Of a stretch of DNA of 12,663 nucleotides, positions 5,836-12,663 are shown in pieces. The number at the start of each line of letters is the position of its first letter. Position 1 is the first letter of the stretch. A model generated the notes under the pieces. It did no database searches, was not told the origin of the DNA, and saw only the letters and a program-made list of their open reading frames with translations. Source of the stretch: Gemmatimonadaceae bacterium (GTDB lineage Bacteria > Gemmatimonadota > Gemmatimonadetes > Gemmatimonadales > Gemmatimonadaceae); the NCBI GenBank assembly GCA_044224875.1, contig JBGAJQ010000090.1:1-12663 (forward strand), given 5' to 3'. A program made the position numbers and the translations under genes.

Positions 5836-8235
5836 CTAGTTGACGGTGAGGTTCTTCACCAGGATGTTGTTGCCAGCTGCGGGATCGACTTGCTGCGCCA
5901 CGACCTGCATCGTGACTGGCCACACGCCGGTGGATACGGCCTTCCCGGTCACCGAAAATGCCACCGATCCGCCGCTTGGCATGCCCGTCAGCTGACAGCT
6001 CAGCCCCACCCCGACCTTTGGCGCACACGTCGCGCCGGACGCGCTCACATACGTGAATCCGGCCACGGCTGGCACGAGAAAGGAGGCCCCGGTCGAGAGG
6101 GTGGGCCCGTTGTTCGTGACAAGAAACGAGACCGTGAAGTTGGTGCCGCGAGGGATCGGCCCCGGGTTTGACGTGACGGAGAGCGCAAGGTCGGTCTGCC
6201 CGTCATTGTCCGCCACGTCCACCGTCACCGCCGAGACGGGCTTTCCGTTGAAGCTGGGGTCGGCGCTGGCCACCGTGTGACTGAGGAGGTCCTGCAATGG
6301 CGCTTCGATACTCCCATCGTCGATCGCCGTCACCGTCACGGCCTGCGGCAGCTCCCACCCTGTCGTGTTGAAGATCACCGGCGCGCCGATCGTGAGCTGC
6401 CCCGGCACCGACTCACCCACCGAGATCGTGACCGGCGCCACCGGAGCATGCCCCACACACATGTTGTAGCTCTTCGGCAAACCGCCCTCAGCGACCGCGA
6501 GCGCCGTCGGAGTCGCCGTGACGGCGGTGACGGGGTTGTAGCCGGCGATTCCATACTCTCCAGGCGCGTAGTATGAGCGCCACCAGGAGCCGGGTTGCGG
6601 AATGAATCCCGATTGCTTGTTGAAGGTGCCGCGGTTCCCCACCGAGTGGTCGACGATCAATTGGACGACATCGCCGCACGCCCCGCCAACATACGGCGCC
6701 ACCGTGACCAATGTGACCGCGCCGTCGTTGAAGCGCGCCTCCCCCGCCACGTCGATCCCGTCGTGCAGCGTAGGACCGGCGCCCGCCACCTCAAACTCGA
6801 TCCCGCTCGTGGCGCTCAACGTGAGGGAGGCCATGGAGAGACGCCCGATCGTTGGCGGCACCAACCCGCCTGGGATGATCGTGCCGGCCTGCGCGTTCAC
6901 GTCGCCAACGGTCCCCGTCCCGGCCAGAAAGCCCGACGTCAACTCCAGGAGGCCGGACTGCGTCGAACCCGCCTCCGCCACCATGGTGGTGCCACTCCCC
7001 ATCAGGATGGCGGAGAGTGTGCCAATCACCTGAATGTCTCCGGTGTTGCGCAGCAAGCCGCCGGTGCCCTCGAACGACAGGGAGTTCGAGACTTCCATGT
7101 TCCCGTGATTGACCAGGCTGTCGACGTGGACGGTGACCGGAGCGACCCATAGCGGATCGTCGAACGTCAGCGTGCCGCGGTTGATGAGGCCGGGCCCCTC
7201 CAGATACACGTGCCCCAACGGGCAGTCGTCCTCGATCGTCAGCGAGCCGAGAATGGCCGTCGGCCTACCGTTCGCGTGGCCCAGATCGAAACTTCCGTCG
7301 ACGCATGCGCTCAAGCGAGCGTCCACGTTGGCGCCGATGTCACCGTGGATCACCGTGGTGTCGGCATCCAGCGTGTACACCGTGATCGCACCACTGAGCG
7401 ACGCGTTGCCGAACAACATGGTGTCTGCCCACACCCGCACCACAGGGACTTGGCCCCCGTTGAGGCCTAACGTGCCCGCCGACCACAGCACGCGCGGCCT
7501 GTCGGCCGGCGGTACCTGCGGTAGCACGCTGAGGTAGCCGGTGCCAGTGACCGCGCCGCCGTCAAATCGCATGGTGGCGTGCCCGAAGGTTGGCACGGAT
7601 ACCACGGCGTTGACCGCCAACGTCCCGGAATTGTTGAACAGCCCTCCGTTCTTCACCAGCAGCGAGGAACCGCCGCCGAGCGTCATGGTGCCCTGGTTGA
7701 CAATCGTATCCGCCTGAATCAGCAGAGCACCCGTGTTGAGGTTGCAGCTGGTGGTGGTCGTCGTGACCGTTCCGTTGAATCGCACGGAACTCCCGATGAA
7801 GTTCGACCGAATCCCCAACCCACACGCCGTGGATGACAGGGCACCGGTGCCGTTCACAACGATCCCCTCCGACACTTGCAGCCATGCGAACGCCGTCCCG
7901 TTGTCGGCCAAGGTCGCTCGGGCGCCCCCCAGTCCGACCTTCACAGCTCCTACGAAGGGATTTCCCAGCACCGTGACAGTGTACGTGCCGGGCGCGTTCA
8001 GACAGGCGACGTCGGTTCCGCCAGGCACGGCGCCGGTTGACCACTTGGAGGCATCGGTCCAGTTCCCATTCACACCGCTCGTCCAGTTCACCGTACAAGG
8101 CGGTAGCTGATCGATCACGGCAGCGTCCGCTGGTCCGGTGGCGCTCGGGACGAGCGGCGAGACGGGAGGTACCTCTCCGTTGCAAGCGACGACACTCAGC
8201 AAGAGGCTGAGGAGACTGGTGCGGTGGGCGCGCAT
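5836..8235 (-). CDS. Large surface lipoprotein (799 aa): beta-helix/passenger-like region, Calx-beta/cadherin-like domain, C-terminal DUF11 domain
   Basis: Signal peptide with lipobox VVAC. WTSGVNGNWTDASKWSTGAVP cap motif; Gly/Thr/Asn-rich N.GT repeats; AVAEGG...WELPQAVTVTAIDD...VTVDVADND (Calx-beta-like); DLALSVT...VTNNGP...C...C...DPAAGNN (DUF11). Domain names are from motif recognition only. Confidence 0.8.
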   Translation of the reverse strand: MRAHRTSLLSLLLSVVACNGEVPPVSPLVPSATGPADAAVIDQLPPCTVNWTSGVNGNWTDASKWSTGAVPGGTDVACLNAPGTYTVTVLGNPFVGAVKVGLGGARATLADNGTAFAWLQVSEGIVVNGTGALSSTACGLGIRSNFIGSSVRFNGTVTTTTTSCNLNTGALLIQADTIVNQGTMTLGGGSSLLVKNGGLFNNSGTLAVNAVVSVPTFGHATMRFDGGAVTGTGYLSVLPQVPPADRPRVLWSAGTLGLNGGQVPVVRVWADTMLFGNASLSGAITVYTLDADTTVIHGDIGANVDARLSACVDGSFDLGHANGRPTAILGSLTIEDDCPLGHVYLEGPGLINRGTLTFDDPLWVAPVTVHVDSLVNHGNMEVSNSLSFEGTGGLLRNTGDIQVIGTLSAILMGSGTTMVAEAGSTQSGLLELTSGFLAGTGTVGDVNAQAGTIIPGGLVPPTIGRLSMASLTLSATSGIEFEVAGAGPTLHDGIDVAGEARFNDGAVTLVTVAPYVGGACGDVVQLIVDHSVGNRGTFNKQSGFIPQPGSWWRSYYAPGEYGIAGYNPVTAVTATPTALAVAEGGLPKSYNMCVGHAPVAPVTISVGESVPGQLTIGAPVIFNTTGWELPQAVTVTAIDDGSIEAPLQDLLSHTVASADPSFNGKPVSAVTVDVADNDGQTDLALSVTSNPGPIPRGTNFTVSFLVTNNGPTLSTGASFLVPAVAGFTYVSASGATCAPKVGVGLSCQLTGMPSGGSVAFSVTGKAVSTGVWPVTMQVVAQQVDPAAGNNILVKNLTVN

Positions 8236-8427
8236 GCGTGGTTCGGAGAGTTGGGAATCGGAAGAGCCAGTACCACCCCTGTCACTATCGGCGCCAATTT
8301 TCGGTACGGGTGGACATTTGGCGTAAGTCTGGTGCAGCCATGGCCCGAAGTGGTCCAGAGAGGCGCGTGGCTTCGGATCAGGGAGGTCAGGGCCACGGAC
8401 GCGGTGCCCTGCTCGATAGTCGGATTG

Positions 8428-8510
8428 GTGGTCCGCCGAGTGCGTCGTGCGTCTTGGGCGAATCATGCCGTCCACCAGAGGTGTGCGGCGACGAGGATGA
8501 GGAACAGCGC
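8428..8510 (-). repeat. Diverged direct repeat, copy B (TauE-like 3' end plus downstream sequence)
   Basis: Hand alignment to 9142-9226: 34/48 nt identical over ALFL....AHLW.TA*, and 16/19 nt over GACGCACTCGGCGGACCAC vs GACCCACTCGACTGACCAC. Confidence 0.65.
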
Positions 8511-8711
8511 GAACCCTCGCTGCGCCGTCCGGGGCGCCAGATGCACCGCAACGTTGGACCCAGCCCACGCACCCGCCGCCAGCCCCAACGCCATCACGCG
8601 GCCCACCGTCCGCTCGTCAGTCGCAACGGACGATACGAAGAAGGCCCTGTCGAGAACGCTCCTCCCGTGCGCGTACGTCGAATTGCCGCGATAGGTCGCT
8701 GTACGGGCCAT
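8463..8711 (-). pseudogene. Chimeric small ORF whose last ~43 aa resemble the C-terminus of a TauE/SafE (TSUP) membrane protein
   Basis: MALGLAAGAWAGSNVAVHLAPRTAQRGFALFLILVAAHLWWTA* fits the terminal G...GA..G.......L....(L)QR.FA.FL..VA..W pattern of TSUP proteins. The upstream ~39 aa are hydrophilic and unrelated. Confidence 0.55.
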
Positions 8712-8715
8712 CACC

Positions 8716-9183
8716 TCATCTCAGCGACTCGACCTCCGACGGGGCGCTGCCGGAGCGCTTGTTGTACCGACGCGCGGCCAGTGCGCCGTCCACGACCCCG
8801 AAGGTCCACGCGCCAACGGCGGCGACACCGCCGATCTTCCCCACCGTGTCCGTCCGGCCACCATACGTGATGGCAACGCCAGTGAAGTAGACAATCGCCA
8901 CAATCCATCCGCGATTGTTCTCCTTGGCATACCAGTGGCCTCCGCCCGGAAGGACTACGGAGATCAGCGCCGCTGTCCCCGGTGACTTGCTCGATGATCG
9001 GAGGACCTGCGTCGAATCGAGTGCCGGACGCGGGACCGCCTGGGCATTGACGCCATGTGTCGCGACGGCGAGCATGGCGCAGGCCCACAGCCTAACGACA
9101 AGCCGGCGCAGGGTTGTTGCGGGATGCTGAGCCGTGTGGCTGTGGTCAGTCGAGTGGGTCACGAGAGTCCGCGGGGAGTTCAC
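8716..9183 (-). CDS. Small exported membrane protein, DUF5683/TM2-like (start uncertain: GTG 9183, GTG 9162 or ATG 9075)
   Basis: Signal-like RRLVVRLWACAMLAVATHGVNA|Q, then KSPGTAALISVVLPGGGHWY, two Gly-rich hydrophobic helices, and W..GVVDGALAARRYN, a pattern typical of this family. Confidence 0.7.
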   Translation of the reverse strand: MNSPRTLVTHSTDHSHTAQHPATTLRRLVVRLWACAMLAVATHGVNAQAVPRPALDSTQVLRSSSKSPGTAALISVVLPGGGHWYAKENNRGWIVAIVYFTGVAITYGGRTDTVGKIGGVAAVGAWTFGVVDGALAARRYNKRSGSAPSEVESLR

Positions 9184-9226
9184 GCCGTGCCCAAAGGTGC
9201 GCCGCCGCGACGCCCAAGAACAGGGC
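9142..9226 (-). repeat. Diverged direct repeat, copy A (degenerate TauE-like 3' end ALFLGVAAAHLW-xTA*)
   Basis: Matches 8428-8510 with mostly third-codon-position differences and a 1-nt deletion. Its TGA overlaps GTG 9183 (GTGA). Confidence 0.6.
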
Positions 9227-9312
9227 ATGAGCGCCCGAGCCGTGCCAACCTTGGTCATCCGTCGGCGGGTGGTTGCAACCGTACCCGTGGAACGTGCATC
9301 GCAGCAATCGTA

Positions 9313-9367
9313 TGTCGCGCGCGTGAAGACGGAGCTGGCTGTCGCGCGCGTGAAAGACGGAGCTGGC
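9313..9367 (+). repeat. 27/28-bp tandem duplication
   Basis: TGTCGCGCGCGTGAAGACGGAGCTGGC (9313-9339) is followed directly by TGTCGCGCGCGTGAAAGACGGAGCTGGC (9340-9367); they differ by one extra A. Confidence 0.92.
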
Positions 9368-9631
9368 TCGGAAGATGTGGCGGCAGTCGGGCTTCTGAGC
9401 TGCTGGCACGACGGCGAGTGGCCGGTCGTCGGTCGGCTCGACGCAGCGACGTTCCCGTCCGGCGCGACCACTTCTGCGACTGTCCGTGTGTCGACCGAGT
9501 CTTTGTGCTCTCGCGCTATTTGACGACGCTGGCGCGGCACTCGCAGCGCTGGCGCGGGCCAGGGCGCCGTCTTGACCTCACAAGTGCGCCCGAACCAAGA
9601 TTGGGCAACCATTACACTGTGCGAGGTTGGC

Positions 9632-11008
9632 GTGTCTGGTCGCACTCCGTTGGTCATCTCTCGTGCTTTCGCGATTGCCGTTTCCGTTAGTGCGTTCGCG
9701 GTTGCGAGCTTCCCAAATCCTGCGTTTGCCCAGGTTCCGCCAAGTGAGGGGGCTCGATCAACCGCAGACACCAGCCACGCCGCGCTGGCCACTCGCTCGC
9801 GCGGCGCCATCGCCAACGGCGTACGACCGTCATCGCGAGCCGCGGCGGCATTCGTCCCGGAACGACTCGCGCGCATCGATCGATGGATCGAGTCGCTCGT
9901 CGCCGAACAGAAGATCCCTGGCGCGGTAGCCCTGTTGGTGAAGGACGGTGAGATCGCCTACTCCAAGGCGTGGGGGGTGCGCGAGCTTGGAAAGCCCGGG
10001 GTGCTGCGGACGGACGACGTTTTCCGGATCGCCTCACAGACGAAGGCGATCACTTCGTTAGCCGTGATGATGTTGTGGGAAGAAGGACGCTTTCAGCTGG
10101 ACGATCCCGTAGGCAAGTACTTGTCGGCGTTTGCCAAGCCGACGGTGCTCACAAAGTTCAACCCGGCTGACTCGTCCTTCGAGGCGCGCCCTGCCAAGGC
10201 GGAAATCACGATCCGTCAGCTGCTCACCCATACGTCGGGGCTCGACTATGCAGACATCGGGAGTGACGACTTCAGGGCGATCTATGCCAAGGCGGGCATC
10301 ACCGCGTTAGGGCGTGAAGGTGATGTGCTTGGAGATCGCATCGACCGGTTGGCGAAGTTGCCGCTGCACTCGGACCCGGGGGCCGAATGGCGGTATTCCC
10401 TCGGTATCGACGTGCTCGGTCGCCTGGTCGAAGTGTGGTCGGGGATGCCGCTCGATCGCTTCCTGCGCACCCGCATCTTCGATCCTGGGGATGAAGGATA
10501 CATGGTTTGAGCTGCCGGCCGATCGCCGAGGGCGCCTCGTGGCCTTGCACCAGATGAAGGATGACAAGCTCGTTGCAGCGCACGAACGTGTGCCGGAGTC
10601 CCTGACCCACCCGGACTTTCCGATCCGACCGGTGACCTACTTTTCCGGTGGTGGCGGGTTGTCCTCGACAGCAATCGACTACGCACGTTTCCTGCAGCTG
10701 TTCCTCAACGGCGGTGAGCTGGACGGCGTGCGACTGCTCGGCCGGAGAGACTGCTGAACCTACAAGCTCGCAATCAAGTGTACGCCATGTGGCCAAAGTT
10801 CGGGCTGGGATTTGGCCTCGAGACCACGGAGAGCGACGCACGAACACCTCTCTCGGTTGGTTCATTCGAATGGGGCGGCGCCTTCAACACGACGTACTGG
10901 GCGGACCCCAAGGAGCACATGGTGGCGCTCATCTACACCAACACGTGGGGTGCCCCGGTCGCCCTCGGCGACACCTTCAAGACGCTGGTGTATTCGGCGA
11001 TGCGCTAG
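9632..11008 (+). pseudogene. Serine hydrolase, beta-lactamase class C / esterase family VIII-like, exported; frameshifted (or sequencing indels)
   Basis: GAGG RBS + GTG 9632; signal peptide ending AFA|Q; FRIASQTK (SxxK, 10034-10045); LLTHTSGL; WRYS. Continues in another frame at ~10484 (LGMKDTWF...SGGGGLSSTAIDYARFLQLFLNGG) and again at ~10746-10770 (FGLGFG...WGGAFNTTYWADP) to TAG 11008. Confidence 0.88.
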
Positions 11009-11083
11009 CTGAAGCCGACGTCGTATTGGAGGTCACCTTGACCGCGTCTGCCATGACGTGACGTTTCAGGAAGTGCGTCATGG

Positions 11084-11206
11084 GGCGCCTCCTGTCCGCG
11101 GCAAGGGAGATTACTCCCACCCAGCTGGTTCGTAGTCATTCCATCGAACCTTCTTCCGAGCCTGTCGCTCAGCGGACCTCAGGCGTTACACGGGAGAACG
11201 GTTATG
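11084..11206 (+). ncRNA. Candidate structured cis-regulatory leader RNA (four-way junction with anti-SD strand)
   Basis: P1 GGCGCCT 11084-90/AGGCGTT 11181-87; P2 GTCCGC 11094-99/GCGGAC 11172-77; P3 GGGAG-ATTA-CTCCC 11105-18; P4 GGTTCG 11127-32/CGAACC 11145-50; P5 GAGC-CTGTC-GCTC 11158-70. TTCTTCCG 11151-58 is complementary to CGGGAGAA 11191-98 (the RBS). Confidence 0.6.
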
Positions 11207-12663
11207 CCTCGGCGCATCACGCCGGAGACCACGATCGATGGTCTCAAGAAGGAAGCGAAACGCTCGTTGCGCGGGTCGTCATCCCTGGTCGACCGCTTTC
11301 TGGAGCACGCCTGCCCCGACCATCACGTGCGTGGCGGTCCCTCGCACGTTGGCGCGGCGGCCGCGGCGGTGCGGGAACTCACGGATCACCCGGAGCTGCA
11401 ACAAGACTCATTCTATACCATGGTCGTCTGTAAAGAAGCGGCGACCTGTGCGTCGGGCTCGCTGCCGATCCCTCGCTCGCAACCCGAAAACGAGCGGTAA
11501 CGGGTCTCGATCGAGGAGGCATCGGCGCCGAGCGTGACCGCTTCGCGACGCTCGGGCCGAAGACCTGGGAACCGATCCTCTTTCTCGCGTTCACGCGTCT
11601 CCCGATCCCAGCGGTGACGGAGAACGCCGTCTCGATTGCTCGTCTCCTGCTGGACCACGGCGCCGATCCCACGGTCTGGTTTCCTGCCGGCGGCTCGCGC
11701 TACACGCCGCTCACCGGCCTCGTCGAGGAGCGCGAGGAGGGGCGCCCTCCACACCCACTGCAGAGACGATCTCGTTAGGCTCCTGCTCTCGCGCGGCGCC
11801 AATCTCTACGACGACCAGGTGCTGTACAACATCCACTTCGAGGGCCGCATGCTGTGGTTCCTCCAAGGCGATACACGCAGGAGACCACGAAGCGCGGCTG
11901 GGAGAATGACTGGAAGGATCCCCTCTGGATTGATTGGGGATGGGCGGCTACGGTAAAACCACCTACTACGTGCTCAAGACGGCCATCGAGCATGACGACT
12001 TTCCGCTCGCCTAGTCGGGCCTGAAACTTCACGGCGCAAGCCCGAAGACCTACCTCCATCCCCTTGGGCGTACCACCCGAAGTTTGCGCGCAGACGCTGT
12101 ACGAGCTGGCGGTTCGCACTGGCCGATCGACTATCGCCGCCGAGTTGCTGGCGCATGGGGCGACCAAAGAGCGAGATCGTGCCTACACCCGAGGAGTCGT
12201 TTACCATCGCGGTCGCTGCGCTGGATGACCCCGCGCCGCGCTGGTGGCGCAACACCCCAACCTCCCACGTCCACAACGGCCATGTTCGAAGCCGCCCGAC
12301 CGCTGATCGCGCCGGGGAACTGCTGTTGCAGCTCGGGATGTCGCCTAACGTTGAGAACGCCGACCATCAACGCGCCCTGCACGAAACAGCGTTCGCGAAT
12401 TCGCTCGATGTGGCGGGCTTACTGATTGCGAATGGCGGAGATTGACCCTGCTGGGCAATGGGGAGGATCGCCGATGGGCGCGGCGAGTCACAGCTCCCGC
12501 AAGGAAATGCTGGCACTGCTGGCGCCACACAGCCGCGACATCTGGGAATTGAATTTCGCTGGATTCGTCGACCGCGTTCGCGAGCTCCTGAGCCAGTCGC
12601 CCAAGGCGGCCACGGCCATCACCCCGGACGGCCACACACTCTTGATGTGGCTCCCGTACGAGG
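11204..12663 (+). pseudogene. Ankyrin-repeat domain protein, many frameshifts, 3' end beyond window
   Basis: GGGAG RBS + ATG 11204 (MPRRITPETTIDGLKKEAKR...). Ankyrin-like segments appear in alternating frames: IARLLLDHGADP, LVRLLLSRGAN, AELLAHGAT, LLLQLGMSPNVENADHQRALHETAFANSLDVAGLLIANG, VDRVRELL...DGHTLLMWLP. Confidence 0.82.

Noticed and set aside
3325..8200. Numerous alternative-frame and antisense ORFs inside the permease and lipoprotein genes
   Set aside because: Typical high-GC shadow ORFs with Arg/Pro/Gly-biased translations and no recognisable motifs.
8236..8568. 111-aa N-terminal extension of the large lipoprotein
   Set aside because: The signal peptide and lipobox follow ATG 8235 directly, and the extension overlaps the TauE-like remnant. 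The in-frame ATG 8466 is noted in the findings but not adopted.
8428..9226. Integron attC sites as the explanation for the flanking repeats
   Set aside because: No shared hairpin or RYYYAAC/GTTRRRY ends seen and no integrase in the window; the similarity is codon-like rather than structural.
9313..9367. Possible CRISPR mini-array
   Set aside because: Two adjacent copies with no spacer and no cas genes; a simple tandem duplication.
9184..9876. Long N-terminal part of the 386-aa minus ORF
   Set aside because: Partly antisense to the serine hydrolase and low-complexity Arg/Ala/Thr-rich; only the C-terminal ~155 aa look like a real protein.
10480..10780. Programmed frameshifting or stop-codon recoding in the serine hydrolase
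   Set aside because: No slippery heptamer or stimulatory structure seen; multiple scattered indels here and in the next gene point to error or decay.
11084..11190. tRNA or tRNA pseudogene reading of the cloverleaf-like leader
   Set aside because: GGTTCG lies in a stem rather than a 7-nt T-loop; no D-loop GG, no anticodon arm and no acceptor geometry.

Overview
GC-rich bacterial window, probably Gemmatimonadota or a related lineage (an inference from gene content and protein motifs). The left part is core genome: a minus-strand tRNA cluster (His, Trp, Glu-CTC, Glu-TTC, Asp, partial Leu) with its own sigma70-like promoter; efp with an atypical PGNLR tip loop; and the tesA / ybbA / ybbP-type module (SGNH hydrolase head-to-head with an ABC ATPase plus FtsX-type permease). 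The right part is accessory: a 799-aa Cys-paired surface lipoprotein (beta-helix-like, Calx-beta-like and DUF11 regions); two diverged copies of a TauE/SafE-like gene 3' end flanking a small membrane-protein gene; a frameshifted beta-lactamase-family serine hydrolase; and a heavily frameshifted ankyrin-repeat gene running off the window. The strongest unexplained signal is a ~120-nt leader (11084-11206) upstream of the ankyrin gene. It folds by eye into a four-way junction and carries an anti-Shine-Dalgarno strand able to sequester both the RBS and the start codon, making it a candidate cis-regulatory RNA switch. Indel density rises sharply after ~10.4 kb, so the broken genes may reflect sequencing or assembly error rather than real pseudogenes.
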